IMG/VR virus record: IMGVR_UViG_3300027917_002335
Location: 1-64,000 of that record
DNA from: a virus
Reading direction: 5' to 3' (one strand)
DNA length: 64,000 nucleotides
The position numbers and the translations under genes were made by a program. Of this stretch, positions 28,187 to 38,668 are shown piece after piece (the stretch's first letter is position 1; the number at the start of each line of letters is the position of its first letter). Below the pieces are notes generated by a model. That model saw only the letters and a program-made list of their open reading frames with translations. It searched no databases and had not been told where the DNA came from.

Positions 28187-29626
28187 TTACGCCTCGTTTC
28201 TAATTGATGTGATTATAATTTTTTCTAAAGAACTCCACCAGTAGAAACCTATTTCAATGGCTGGAATTGTTCTTGCTGCTCTTGCTGCTTGTCCTGCCGC
28301 TGTATTGTTCTTTAAGTCAATTTCAATAGGAATTTTAACATATGCTAAACCGTCTACAATTCTTTGGTCTTGTAGAGTTTTGAATATGCCAGTGATTTTA
28401 CTTCTCACTTTTTGCATTCCTTGATATGACATTTGAACTGTTCTTGAAGCAAGCAATGCCCAAAGACCATTTACAAGGTTTTGACTGATTATGTATTTAC
28501 ATCTCACATAATTTATTCTTGAAGAGTATCCTACACCAAGAGTAAATCCGTGTGAAACAAGATATGGTTCGCCAGAAAGCTCTTTCCTCTTCATAGGAGA
28601 GGCTATTTGTCCACCATTCCAATATGTTCTATTAATAAGGCTTTCTTCTTCTTGTATTCCCATATGAAAAGTAGCAAAACTCATGGTTGTATGTGGATGA
28701 GTTCCAGCTGTCATACCCATATATCCAGCAGCCATATCGTGATTTAAAGCACTTGGCTTTGCTTTAATAAGAGCTACATCTTCTCTCTGTCCAATTAAAT
28801 TTTTCATATCTTCCCATTTTGCTCCTAAAGTACAACCGCTTGCACCTGGTGCGGAACCACCTGGTAAAGCGTAAAAGAGAATACAATTTTTACCCGCTGT
28901 TGCGTTTGTAAATCTTCCAATGTCAGTTAACATATCTCCATAATAAACATTATTATCACCAGAGTTATAACAAGCTTTATTATAAGCATTTTGATATGAA
29001 ACTGCCATCATATTTATTCTAAATTGTTCGATAGTTTCCGTAATATCTGCTACTGCTTTCCCTATTTTGTAAGAACATGTTATTTTAGAGCCTGTTCTTG
29101 GAGGCTTATCTATTACATTACCTGAAAGTCCATTACTGAAATTAAGTTGTCCAACCCAATTACCTAGTTCATCTGTTACTAATGAAAAGCCTAAACCTGT
29201 TACTCCATCTTGTGTATTAATCCAATATCCTGTATTTTCAGCTACTGGAAAATATTTGACTTGTTGTGTACCAACAAATCCTAATGGAGGTTTAGCCGCT
29301 GTTTCATAAATGTAATCTGATACATACAACATTGGTTGGTCTATGTAATTTTGTACAGCACCGCTAACTAAAGCTAACACATATAATGTGCAACCTGGAG
29401 TTGGAGTTGCGGAAAAGAATATAGAAACTGATTCATAGGCTTGGTCACTAGCTGTAAACCCTGCATTTACTAATTGGGTTGACCAATCATCTGCAGTACA
29501 AGCTATAACAGTAGAGCTTGATAAACTTGCTTCACTTCCTTGTACGACTAACATACAGTTATCCCAAGGAACTTCAGCAGCCGATGGTGTTTCAGCATCC
29601 CAAATTATTGTTAAATATTCACCCAT
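28187..29626 (-). CDS. Contractile tail sheath protein
   Basis: C-terminal RINYVRC, SYQGMQKVRSKI, ARAARTIPAIEI..SSLEKIII typical of sheath proteins. Confidence 0.8.
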   Translation of the reverse strand: MGEYLTIIWDAETPSAAEVPWDNCMLVVQGSEASLSSSTVIACTADDWSTQLVNAGFTASDQAYESVSIFFSATPTPGCTLYVLALVSGAVQNYIDQPMLYVSDYIYETAAKPPLGFVGTQQVKYFPVAENTGYWINTQDGVTGLGFSLVTDELGNWVGQLNFSNGLSGNVIDKPPRTGSKITCSYKIGKAVADITETIEQFRINMMAVSYQNAYNKACYNSGDNNVYYGDMLTDIGRFTNATAGKNCILFYALPGGSAPGASGCTLGAKWEDMKNLIGQREDVALIKAKPSALNHDMAAGYMGMTAGTHPHTTMSFATFHMGIQEEESLINRTYWNGGQIASPMKRKELSGEPYLVSHGFTLGVGYSSRINYVRCKYIISQNLVNGLWALLASRTVQMSYQGMQKVRSKITGIFKTLQDQRIVDGLAYVKIPIEIDLKNNTAAGQAARAARTIPAIEIGFYWWSSLEKIIITSIRNEA

Positions 29627-30230
29627 TGAAAATCACCCTAAATCTCGTAGGAGTTTCTGCATTACCAATATGAACTCCTCGTATTTCTTCTGCAACTTTC
29701 TCATCTACTTCGTAGTCATCTGGCATTCTTGACCATCTGACATCTGTCCTAATATATACATCTAATTCGTACTCATGGATTCTATCTCCACTTTCAGCAC
29801 GAAAGTTTGTTAAATCCTTCACCGGAGTTGGTTTCGATCTATCTATCGAAGCATTTTGATCTCGTAAAATATCATTCCAAAAGCCTAGAATTCTTCTTCT
29901 TATTCTATCGGCTATAATGATAGCGTAGTTCCTGCCACGCACAGTATTATTATTGTGATATTTTTTTGCATAGACTGTTATTGTGACTAATTCTACTTCA
30001 CAATAAGCATATGTAAAATAAACATCATCTATTCTGCCTACTATATCGGCTAAAGAAGGAAATTTCTTTTCACTCGTTTGAATGAAATCTATTGCTACAT
30101 ATGGAAATTCTCTTTTAAATCCCTCTCCAGCTCTCCAAACTTGAATTGAGGGATTCCAAGAGCCATATGAAAAATCTACTTGATTTTGTATATCATCAAT
30201 CATTCTATCTTTAGTAGATTCATATAACAT
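29619..30230 (-). CDS. Tail terminator/neck protein
   Basis: FPYVAIDFI motif; directly upstream of the sheath. Confidence 0.6.
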   Translation of the reverse strand: MLYESTKDRMIDDIQNQVDFSYGSWNPSIQVWRAGEGFKREFPYVAIDFIQTSEKKFPSLADIVGRIDDVYFTYAYCEVELVTITVYAKKYHNNNTVRGRNYAIIIADRIRRRILGFWNDILRDQNASIDRSKPTPVKDLTNFRAESGDRIHEYELDVYIRTDVRWSRMPDDYEVDEKVAEEIRGVHIGNAETPTRFRVIFNG

Positions 30231-30579
30231 TTCTTTTCCTCACTAGTCTTAATTCGGCATTTTTAAATTTGGGTTTTGAAGTATAATCTACTATATCCAT
30301 AACCCTGTATGTGTTGCCATTCCAAATTACCTTAGTTCTCCCTGGAATAAGAGAAACTTTGTCCATTTCGGTTTTGCGGATATGGGCAAACAAGACTTCT
30401 GTCATTGTATAGCCACCATTTCTATCCTCTTCATAAATTGAATCGTCTGGAAGTATAAGCATCTTGACACTTTGTAGAGAACCATCAGTAATTATACCAA
30501 TTCCACCTGAACCTCTAGTGGTTGTGGATTCGTTTAATACTGATACAGTTTCCTCGTATATTTTTTGTGTCTTAAACAT
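30220..30579 (-). CDS. Head closure (stopper) protein
   Basis: VIWNGNTYRV motif, size, synteny. Confidence 0.65.
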   Translation of the reverse strand: MFKTQKIYEETVSVLNESTTTRGSGGIGIITDGSLQSVKMLILPDDSIYEEDRNGGYTMTEVLFAHIRKTEMDKVSLIPGRTKVIWNGNTYRVMDIVDYTSKPKFKNAELRLVRKRNVI

Positions 30580-31178
30580 TATAAAGGTTCATCATCCAAA
30601 TATTGATAATGTGCTAGTTCACCCTCTTCCAAATCGAGTAAACCAGATTCACTTGAAATATCTGCTGCTTCTATTAGTGATTCATCTATGTTCCAGCTCC
30701 AGCCCCTTGAGGAGTCATCTTTAGCAACTCTTGGAATGGGTGTTGGAGAATTATAATTTTTAAAAAAATCATCACGGCAATAAGCCCTTACATAAGCGTA
30801 AGCCATCATTCTATAAGTATCATGGGGTAATAACTGATAGAATGGTTCTGCTGCTCCTTGTGCAAAAAAGAACATGGGTTGCCATCTTTGATACGCATAA
30901 GTCACTCTGTTTAATCGTTCTAAAGCTACATCACCAGTTGCCCACTTTACAAAGCCGAAATAACATAGCATTTCTAAGCCCATGCAAACTGCGGCACACC
31001 ACAATAGATTAAACCTATCAACTATGTTAACAGGTCTCATTCTATTGGATATAATCATCTGATCTATCCTAGCCTCTATCATTCTCATAAATCTGTCAGT
31101 TAACTTCGATTCATCAAAGTCCTCGTCGTATAACTTGACAAAATACGAGATATCCTCTTTTTCTGCGTATTTTCCCAT
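30579..31178 (-). CDS. Head-tail adaptor protein
   Basis: YAEKEDI N-terminus; follows the MCP. Confidence 0.6.
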   Translation of the reverse strand: MGKYAEKEDISYFVKLYDEDFDESKLTDRFMRMIEARIDQMIISNRMRPVNIVDRFNLLWCAAVCMGLEMLCYFGFVKWATGDVALERLNRVTYAYQRWQPMFFFAQGAAEPFYQLLPHDTYRMMAYAYVRAYCRDDFFKNYNSPTPIPRVAKDDSSRGWSWNIDESLIEAADISSESGLLDLEEGELAHYQYLDDEPL

Positions 31179-31192
31179 GTTTATTAACCTAC

Positions 31193-32314
31193 CTACTGCA
31201 TTGCTGTTTGATCAATTCTCAAAGCATTTGCGAAATCAGTTACCACTGGGCATACTGAAATTTCTGCAATGTTTTTGATTTCTAAAGGATCATGCTCTAT
31301 GACTTGGTGCATATAGAATTCAGTTGGAGACTTTCTTGCTGCTTTATGGAGTTTGTGAGTCCATCCACAAGCGGTATAACCGAGTTGTCGGTTTGCCATT
31401 AAGCCCCATTCCCATCGACCAGAAGCGTATTCTTTGGTCATCATATCGACTTTATTTAATCTATCCCAAGTTTGTCTTAAGTAGTCACCCTTGCCTGGAT
31501 AACCTTCTAAATCAGTGTTAATTCCAGGAACTTCTTTATAGGTATTACCAACCACACGAACAATTTTTAACCCTTGAATTGCACTTCCCAACACTCCTTG
31601 GGTTGTGTCTTTGATGTTAATCAATCTTTCTAAGAGTTTATCATTGTCTTCTAAATGTCTTGTGGTAACTCTTCCTAAAGCTAGAAATTCAGGCAATTCT
31701 CCAGACATAAACTCAAAGCGATCTTTAAGATAGTTAATATCTTTAAAAACATCTTTGGTTGTATTGCTCCAAGCTCCTGCTGCTAAATTGCTGTCAGCCG
31801 CTCCTCTAAAGGTTCCAGTTCTGACATTTGCAGTTGCTTGTCTCTCTAATGTCTGGTTGGAGAATGAAGCCATAACAATAGGATCTCCATAGACATATTT
31901 GGTAAGAGTAAATTCGATGAGACGGTTTATAAAACGGATTAAGTTCCTATCAAGCATTAAACGCTTGCTTTGGATAACACCGTTTTCAAAGTCTTCTTCA
32001 AACTCTTCCATATCTTCTGGATAGCCGTTCTTAATAGTACGGCAGTTAAATGTAATTCCTTCAATATGTGGTGCAGCCATCATATCTACTCTTTCACGGG
32101 GATCGTGAAATCGAGCCATCCCTTGTGGATCAGCTAACCAAGGTAAACTAAAGTGTTTCTTGGAACCTGGTCCAGGAGCCTCTTTTTTAGGCATGAATCT
32201 CATAAACATTGGCATCCACTCTTGATCAAAGAAGTCAATTGCAGCGATATAGCGCCTGTATAACCAAGTGGGTATCAGGGCGGGTTCAGTTAAATTAGAC
32301 CAATCTATACTCAT
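31193..32314 (-). CDS. Major capsid protein (HK97 fold)
   Basis: 373 aa after protease and decoration genes; AWSNTTKDVFKDI...PEFLALG pattern reminiscent of gpE-type capsids. Confidence 0.8.
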   Translation of the reverse strand: MSIDWSNLTEPALIPTWLYRRYIAAIDFFDQEWMPMFMRFMPKKEAPGPGSKKHFSLPWLADPQGMARFHDPRERVDMMAAPHIEGITFNCRTIKNGYPEDMEEFEEDFENGVIQSKRLMLDRNLIRFINRLIEFTLTKYVYGDPIVMASFSNQTLERQATANVRTGTFRGAADSNLAAGAWSNTTKDVFKDINYLKDRFEFMSGELPEFLALGRVTTRHLEDNDKLLERLINIKDTTQGVLGSAIQGLKIVRVVGNTYKEVPGINTDLEGYPGKGDYLRQTWDRLNKVDMMTKEYASGRWEWGLMANRQLGYTACGWTHKLHKAARKSPTEFYMHQVIEHDPLEIKNIAEISVCPVVTDFANALRIDQTAMQ

Positions 32315-32327
32315 TTTTTTAACCTCT

Positions 32328-32855
32328 TTAAGTCATTGGATATTTATCATGTGTTTGTGGATTAACCCAAACTAATCCAGGAACTCCAGGTGGAGCATCT
32401 TGCAATGCTTTTCCTAAAGTGTACTTATCAGCTCTAGCGCCAGTAGGTACGCTTCCTAGAGATTCACATCCACCGTTAGATGGAATTACAGTTTGGTTGA
32501 CTAAAGTCGTATATCCAGTGTGAGTGTTTACAACAGGACAAATTCCTATTTGCATCACTAACATGTCTCGTGGCCAGTAATAATCAGGTCGCATAATCTT
32601 GTCGTCATTAGATACGCCAGAAATAGCATATTTAATGTCTAATGAAACTCCAAGAGCCTCTTCAGCTCCAGCTGTTGCATTATCGTAAGATTTTACTTTC
32701 TTTTTATTAATTGGATTTCCTACGAAACCAGTGTCAGCATGTCGACAAACAGGTTCTCCTAATTCAACATCACATTCGTCAGCAAGCCAGTACTTTCCCT
32801 TAGTTAAGGCAGTAGTGTGTTCTTTAAACCATCCTTCTCTTCCTTGGTAAGACAT
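32328..32855 (-). CDS. Capsid decoration/cement protein
   Basis: Between scaffold and MCP; LGVSLD, LGKALQDA beta-tulip-like motifs. Confidence 0.65.
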   Translation of the reverse strand: MSYQGREGWFKEHTTALTKGKYWLADECDVELGEPVCRHADTGFVGNPINKKKVKSYDNATAGAEEALGVSLDIKYAISGVSNDDKIMRPDYYWPRDMLVMQIGICPVVNTHTGYTTLVNQTVIPSNGGCESLGSVPTGARADKYTLGKALQDAPPGVPGLVWVNPQTHDKYPMT

Positions 32856-32859
32856 TTAT

Positions 32860-33888
32860 CTAATCACCTTTAAACCATTTTGAAAATTCTGGAGGCATGT
32901 TCTTAAAAGCTGATCTATCTCTCTTATTTCTAAGTCCCTCATCTTCTAATTCCTCATCAATGACTTTTTCAGCACTTTCCCTAAGGTCAGTAACTTCTGC
33001 CATTGGTTTGTCCTTTTCCAAAGATTCGAGTCTTTCTAAGAGAAATTTCTTAGCATCTTCGAATTTGCCCTCTTTTACTAAAGATTTCGCCTCTTTTGTG
33101 TAAATTGGACGCATTAATTCACCATCTTCTTTCACTGCTCGTTCAATCAATGGGTTTAACTCATCCATTTTTCTGGCTTCCTTTAGTTCGTCTACGACTT
33201 TCTCTTGTTCGTTAAGTTTTTTATTAACTTCCAAGAGCTTATCAAGGATTTCTTTACGCTCTCCTTCCTTTTCCTCTAAGAGACTATCTTTATCAGAAAT
33301 GGATTTTTCGAGTGTAACGACCTTGACTTCCAAGTCTTCGAGTAATTTTTCCTTTTTCGTCAATTCTGCTTCAAGAGCCTTAATCTTTTTTAGCTCTTCA
33401 GCTTTTTCATTGTCGTCAGGCATAATATCACTCTCGTTTACAAAATCTATCATTTTACATTCTGCACACGCCGGTGTCGGTGTGAGAGAATGCTCAATAA
33501 CATCGTAATGTATTGGACTTCCACCTCTATCATACTGTCTAAATCGCATCGAAATTTTTATTGGTTCTCCCAATTCATGTCTTTTTTTTATAACCTCTCT
33601 CACCTTACGATGATCATCGGTATGGTTATAAATCTCATATTCGCTTAAAATAGAACCATCTTCGGCTTTAGATTCTAAGACCGTACCATAGATGTGTGTG
33701 TTTTTGAAATCCGGAATAATTGGGTGTTCATGTCTCCATACTACTGGTTTATTTATGGAGTCTTGTGCCAATCTATTCAATCCTTTTTCACAAACGAAGT
33801 CTTTTGTAATAGATCTGGCGGTAAACCTAAACCTATCTTCCAAAATTTCTATATCTTCTAATGCAAAATCAATATTGTAATCAGTCAC
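32860..33888 (-). CDS. Prohead protease fused to coiled-coil scaffold
   Basis: VVWRHEH, ISMRF, EHSLTPTPA (HK97-type protease motifs); E/K-rich coiled coil. Confidence 0.8.
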   Translation of the reverse strand: MTDYNIDFALEDIEILEDRFRFTARSITKDFVCEKGLNRLAQDSINKPVVWRHEHPIIPDFKNTHIYGTVLESKAEDGSILSEYEIYNHTDDHRKVREVIKKRHELGEPIKISMRFRQYDRGGSPIHYDVIEHSLTPTPACAECKMIDFVNESDIMPDDNEKAEELKKIKALEAELTKKEKLLEDLEVKVVTLEKSISDKDSLLEEKEGERKEILDKLLEVNKKLNEQEKVVDELKEARKMDELNPLIERAVKEDGELMRPIYTKEAKSLVKEGKFEDAKKFLLERLESLEKDKPMAEVTDLRESAEKVIDEELEDEGLRNKRDRSAFKNMPPEFSKWFKGD

Positions 33889-33910
33889 GGTTTAATTACC
33901 TCCTTGGTAT

Positions 33911-33935
33911 TATATTGTTTTTAAAGTATTTAAAG
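33911..33935 (-). promoter_or_regulatory. Late promoter copy 2 (CTTTAAATACTTTAAAAACAATATA)
   Basis: Same motif; upstream of the protease/MCP operon, followed by a GGAGG SD. Confidence 0.75.
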
Positions 33936-33942
33936 GTAAACA

Positions 33943-34290
33943 TTAAAATCTGCATCGACTATCAAATATGTACTGGTTAGTCATTGCACGATGATCTACA
34001 GTCTTATAGTTTATCTTATATTGACTATCACCATTTATATTTCCTGGACAAAGTGGTTTACGACATGACATAATAATTGAACCTTGACCATCGTATTCTG
34101 CTGCATACATTTCTTGTCCACACCATTTACAATAGAATATTCTATTAAAAGTTTTAAGAAAGTTCTTATCATGCGCCCAACCATCATCCCACGATTTTGA
34201 TAATGTTTTCTCTACAATACTATTTCTATGCTCTAAATATTTTTTAGAGTCGTGAAATCTTCTTATTTTTTCTTGTTTTGTTATTGGCAT
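33943..34290 (-). CDS. Zn-finger protein
   Basis: CKWC...CRKPLC. Confidence 0.6.
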   Translation of the reverse strand: MPITKQEKIRRFHDSKKYLEHRNSIVEKTLSKSWDDGWAHDKNFLKTFNRIFYCKWCGQEMYAAEYDGQGSIIMSCRKPLCPGNINGDSQYKINYKTVDHRAMTNQYIFDSRCRF

Positions 34291-34292
34291 AT

Positions 34293-34850
34293 TTAACTTG
34301 CCTCCGCTATTCTTCTATAGGCGTGTGTAAGCCTAGTCATTATATCTTGCCAACCAAATACTATGGTTGCTTTTAAAATTGATTTCCTTCTTTCGTGAAT
34401 CGGTCCGAAATTATAATAATAAACTCTTCCCGTTCTTGGATTTATTCTTAACCTTGTTGTTGGCGTAACATGTGAAGGATTTATTGCGCCAGAAGGTATT
34501 CCAAATAAAACTCTATTTGCATGTATATCTACAAATATTGCTCCAGTCATTGTTCCAGTTAGTACATGAGGAGGAAGTCCATGTTTAACTTTAAATGCTC
34601 TATAATCTGGATGATATCTACCTCTTCTTGGAGTAGCTCCAGTAGCCATCAATAATCTCATTTCTCCTGCATCTGTTATCTCCCATATATCATCTAAATT
34701 ATCAACTAAAACATGCATATTAAGATTAGCTAGTATTCCAGCACGAACTCCTAATAGTGCTGCTCCCATAGCCGTTCCGTCTCTTAATCTATCAAGAAAA
34801 CGGAGTGCTCCATCTAATGTTTTCCTAACTATAACTCTTCTTACTGACAT
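34293..34850 (-). CDS. Virion morphogenesis/HK97 gp10-like protein
   Basis: Arg-rich; YRAFKVKHG....LTGTMTGAI motif. Confidence 0.55.
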   Translation of the reverse strand: MSVRRVIVRKTLDGALRFLDRLRDGTAMGAALLGVRAGILANLNMHVLVDNLDDIWEITDAGEMRLLMATGATPRRGRYHPDYRAFKVKHGLPPHVLTGTMTGAIFVDIHANRVLFGIPSGAINPSHVTPTTRLRINPRTGRVYYYNFGPIHERRKSILKATIVFGWQDIMTRLTHAYRRIAEAS

Positions 34851-35090
34851 TTATATATATGTTCCTCTACAATCGGGATTCATTTCAAGAGGTTCTTTTT
34901 CTCTATCTTCTTCTATATTAAAATTTTCATATAGAGATTGTATTATTTTCTTAATATCAGAACTATTAAAGCCAATTTGCTTAGCAAATGTTTGAAGTAT
35001 TGGTTTCAAAGCTCTAATTTGTTTATTATTAAGAGCAATGATATTCTGCAACCTCTTTACTTTTTTCTTCAATTTTTCTAATTCATCCAT
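34851..35090 (-). CDS. Hypothetical coiled-coil protein
   Basis: In-operon ORF. Confidence 0.5.
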   Translation of the reverse strand: MDELEKLKKKVKRLQNIIALNNKQIRALKPILQTFAKQIGFNSSDIKKIIQSLYENFNIEEDREKEPLEMNPDCRGTYI

Positions 35091-35418
35091 TAATTTTCAT
35101 TTGATCTATTTGGTTCAATATCCAATGTGTTTTCTTTAATAATACCTTTTTTGTTTCCTTTATTGTTTCAATTATATCTTGGTAAAAGTTTTTCTCTATT
35201 ACATCATAGAAGTATGAAATTGTTTCATCATACAACGATTCTAACTTATTAGATAATAACCTTAAATCGGTATGGTTAATATAATTACATCCAATTAATG
35301 CTTCATCAATTTCTTTGTAGAAATTAATTTTATTTATCTTTTCTTTGTTGATTATATGCCACAAGTCGTCCTCTAGCGCCTGCTTGATTTTGCATAGGAG
35401 ACGATTGTTTGATTTCAT
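35083..35418 (-). CDS. Hypothetical helical protein
   Basis: In-operon ORF overlapping the portal 3' end. Confidence 0.5.
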   Translation of the reverse strand: MKSNNRLLCKIKQALEDDLWHIINKEKINKINFYKEIDEALIGCNYINHTDLRLLSNKLESLYDETISYFYDVIEKNFYQDIIETIKETKKVLLKKTHWILNQIDQMKING

Positions 35419-36790
35419 CTTTTTTCAAATCCTCATAGGTTTTGTTTTCGCCATCTGGTAATTTATTCAAAAATGGAAAAGAGCTTTGTGCCGCTTTTCT
35501 TGCTTCATTTATATCCTTAAAAACATGTGAATTAACACCTGTTTCTATTGCTTTCATTAAATCTAATGTTTCTTCAAATATTAAATTGCTCCATTCTACA
35601 TCTATATCAGTTGGCTCTATTTCTTTAATTCCATGATAGGGTAATAAAACATTTGCATAAAAATCTGTTAATAATAATTCATATTGTCTTCGTATACCAG
35701 ATATAAATCTCAACCATCCTTTTTCCAATATTCTGGATGTTGCTAATTCATTTCCAGTAGCATCTCTCTGACCCATTGAGCCAAAGATTGTATACATTAT
35801 TTGTTTATCTAATTCTTTTATGTATGTTACATATATTTCGGAACTTCTTGAAGTTTGTTTCTCCAAAGTTTCGAAAGTATAATCTCCAGGAACTGCTGCT
35901 CCTCCAAATGATGTTATTTGTTTAACAAATAGACTAGCATTATCTATTGCTTTTTGCATTTCTTGTGGACTAGTAGGATAAGTACTAGTTCTTGGATCTC
36001 CAATTTTTATTATTACAAAAGGAGCCCAATGCTTTTGCGAATATTTTCTCATAAACCAAAGAATCCATCTTTTATATACAATGTAGTGCATCGCATTAGC
36101 GATGGGTGGTTTTTCGAAGAAATCACCATATAATACATTGTGTAGTTCGTCTGGTATATGTATTTTGTTTGCAATGTTGTCTCTTTGTCTAAAGTCATTG
36201 CCGTAATTAATTGATTTAGAGTCCCATTTTTTCCAGTCATGCTCATTATCCTTACCTGCCTGTCTGTAAAACTGTTTCTTTGTCCTATAGTAACTAAAGT
36301 TACCAACATGTTGAATAAATTTCCGGTATCCCATTACAGGATCTTCTCTTATTTCAATTGATTTAGGATCTAGTCGCTGAACATCTACATTATTATATTC
36401 TGGTGTCCTGTCATCAACTCTCCACATAAACTGTTTATGAATAATTGCGTCAAACCAACTATCTCTTATAAAGTCTTCAACTGTTTGTCTTTTAACATTG
36501 ATTCTCCTATTCCAGTCATCTATAATCTTTTTAGCATTATCATTTTTATCAAGTCTTATTCGCAAACCATCGCCAATGATGACATGTGCCGTTATATCTG
36601 TAAAACTGGTTGATATCGAGTCATTCCAAAAAGCCTCTTCAAGATTCATGTCATTCATTTTAATCATAACCTTTTTAAGGTTCTTGAGATCTTTGTCTAA
36701 CTCATACTCATCGGCCGCTATATTTGCTACAACAGCCTTATGGCTTGGTAAGTATTCAGGTTTATTCTCCTTTTCTCTCCTTATCGGCAT
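35330..36790 (-). CDS. Portal protein
   Basis: Follows TerL; LDPKSIEIRED, APFVIIKIG, GNELATSR, DINEARK; start likely ATG 36790. Confidence 0.85.
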   Translation of the reverse strand: MPIRREKENKPEYLPSHKAVVANIAADEYELDKDLKNLKKVMIKMNDMNLEEAFWNDSISTSFTDITAHVIIGDGLRIRLDKNDNAKKIIDDWNRRINVKRQTVEDFIRDSWFDAIIHKQFMWRVDDRTPEYNNVDVQRLDPKSIEIREDPVMGYRKFIQHVGNFSYYRTKKQFYRQAGKDNEHDWKKWDSKSINYGNDFRQRDNIANKIHIPDELHNVLYGDFFEKPPIANAMHYIVYKRWILWFMRKYSQKHWAPFVIIKIGDPRTSTYPTSPQEMQKAIDNASLFVKQITSFGGAAVPGDYTFETLEKQTSRSSEIYVTYIKELDKQIMYTIFGSMGQRDATGNELATSRILEKGWLRFISGIRRQYELLLTDFYANVLLPYHGIKEIEPTDIDVEWSNLIFEETLDLMKAIETGVNSHVFKDINEARKAAQSSFPFLNKLPDGENKTYEDLKKDEIKQSSPMQNQAGARGRLVAYNQQRKDK

Positions 36791-36992
36791 CCGAAAAACC
36801 ACCCATAAATCTTTTTATTTCATCAAACAATACATCAAATGGATTTTCGCCTGGAGGAACTTCAACAACCCTAACTTTAAATTTAGGTCTTTCAGGCTCT
36901 ACCGCTATGCATGGCATACCATCAACCCATACGATTTTTGTTTTATCTAATTTATTTAATTCTTCCTCAGTTAATTCTTTTTCTTTTTCCAT
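36762..36992 (-). CDS. Small hypothetical protein
   Basis: ORF between TerL and portal. Confidence 0.5.
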   Translation of the reverse strand: MEKEKELTEEELNKLDKTKIVWVDGMPCIAVEPERPKFKVRVVEVPPGENPFDVLFDEIKRFMGGFSDADKERKGE

Positions 36993-38668
36993 TATCTTAC
37001 ACCATATATATCAAAACTTAAGCCTCTTGGCTTAACTTGATGAACAATAATAGGTTTTTGTCTGTGACCCCATAAACTAAGAGCAAATGCAATAACTCTA
37101 TCATCGTGAAATGATTGAGTTCCGTATTTAATATAATCAGTTCCTGGCATCACTTCTGCTTCAAATCTTAAGCATTCCTCCCTAAATTCTCCAATTTCTG
37201 GTTCACTAGCTGGAGGTATTTCAATTAATCCTTTTGAAAACATCTTAATTACTTCTCCTATTAGATCAGGTTTATTTGCACGGGAAATTATAAATCCTCG
37301 TGAATTCATTTTATTGTCAAAAATTTTAGTATTAATATCTTTATCAGTTCTAAGTATATACTTCTTCCCATCCTCTTTAAATACCAATATTTTTTCTCTT
37401 TGTAAAGTTTTTATGTCATCTTCGAATAATTCTACAAGAGGATCTCCCAATCCTGTGGCGTCCAGGACTGCTAAATATGGATTAAATTTTTCAACGACCA
37501 TCATTAATTTTCTTCGAATATATTTATAAGTTCTTCTTAAGTCATTGTCACCTGCAACTGATAAAGCATAATCAAGAATAACATGACCAGTCTTTTTATC
37601 TCTATGTGTTACATAAAAACAAGAAGCATCATGTTTTCTACCATAATCTACACCTAATACATAAGCCTCTTTTTCATAAGAAACAAATGCATTTCTTAAT
37701 TTTTGATTTGTACAATTTGTAAGCCACTGTCCTAAGATAACCATTGAGGCATCTGAGACAATTTCTCCTAAATATTCTTGTCTTCCCCATGGAGTCCAAC
37801 CGTCATCATCTAATAAATCTTTTACATCAGCAGGATCTCTTAAACCATCATTCCAAGGATCAACCCAAGGAACTGAGAATCTTCCTATTCCGTATTTGTA
37901 ATCTAAAGCACCACAATCAACACAAGGATACATTTCGTCTAGTGGCATTCTTCCATTTGGAAAATTATCAACATTAAATGCAGATTGATGGTATTCTGAA
38001 CCACAATTGTTACAAATTATTGGTCTTGTTTCTAAACCTCTATAATAATAATCAATGAATTTTCCTTTTGGACCGTATGGAGTTGATAACATTATCCAAC
38101 GCTCTCCGTGAGTGGTTGTTGGCAATGCTGCTGCGAATAAGATCTCTTCTTCTATTTGGGCTGCTTCGTCGGCAAACAGAAATGTATATGTCGACCCCCG
38201 AATGTTGTCGGTGCATGGCCATACTTCTATATAATTCCCGTTGGCGATCTCTAAGAAATCTACTCTTAATGATTTCTGAACGACATATTTCCAAAATATT
38301 GAAAACCTCAAAATTGCTTTAATTTTACGATATAATTTCTTTGCTGCTTTATCTGATGCTGATATAATTCCAATTGTACAATTTGGAAACATTAATAAGA
38401 AAGCACAAGCAGCATAAGCACAAGCACTGGTTTTTCCAGTTTGTCTTGGCCAAATCATTACAGATCCTTTAGGGATTCTTTTTGCATCACTAAATTTATA
38501 TTGTGATAGAGGAAATCCAAATTGAATTGAATCAATTGCATCTTTTTGAGCCTGAGTTAATCTACATTTATGACCAGAATGATAAATATCTGGTAAGAAT
38601 TCTTCTATAAAATCAACGGCTCTAAATGCAACATCTTGAAGATGTTGGATTTCTTCTGCACTAATCAC
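36992..38668 (-). CDS. terL: Terminase large subunit
   Basis: Walker A PRQTGKT, Walker B LFADEAA, coupling motif LSTP, nuclease LGVDYG and HDDRVIAFAL. Confidence 0.95.
   Translation of the reverse strand: MISAEEIQHLQDVAFRAVDFIEEFLPDIYHSGHKCRLTQAQKDAIDSIQFGFPLSQYKFSDAKRIPKGSVMIWPRQTGKTSACAYAACAFLLMFPNCTIGIISASDKAAKKLYRKIKAILRFSIFWKYVVQKSLRVDFLEIANGNYIEVWPCTDNIRGSTYTFLFADEAAQIEEEILFAAALPTTTHGERWIMLSTPYGPKGKFIDYYYRGLETRPIICNNCGSEYHQSAFNVDNFPNGRMPLDEMYPCVDCGALDYKYGIGRFSVPWVDPWNDGLRDPADVKDLLDDDGWTPWGRQEYLGEIVSDASMVILGQWLTNCTNQKLRNAFVSYEKEAYVLGVDYGRKHDASCFYVTHRDKKTGHVILDYALSVAGDNDLRRTYKYIRRKLMMVVEKFNPYLAVLDATGLGDPLVELFEDDIKTLQREKILVFKEDGKKYILRTDKDINTKIFDNKMNSRGFIISRANKPDLIGEVIKMFSKGLIEIPPASEPEIGEFREECLRFEAEVMPGTDYIKYGTQSFHDDRVIAFALSLWGHRQKPIIVHQVKPRGLSFDIYGVR

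Noticed and set aside
9470-30230. Extracellular contractile injection system or tailocin
   Set aside because: Terminase, portal, protease and capsid genes are contiguous with the tail genes, so this is a full virus
36992-38668. Intein in the terminase
   Set aside because: The insertion is short, with no C/S...HN splice motifs or LAGLIDADG; it is a Zn ribbon
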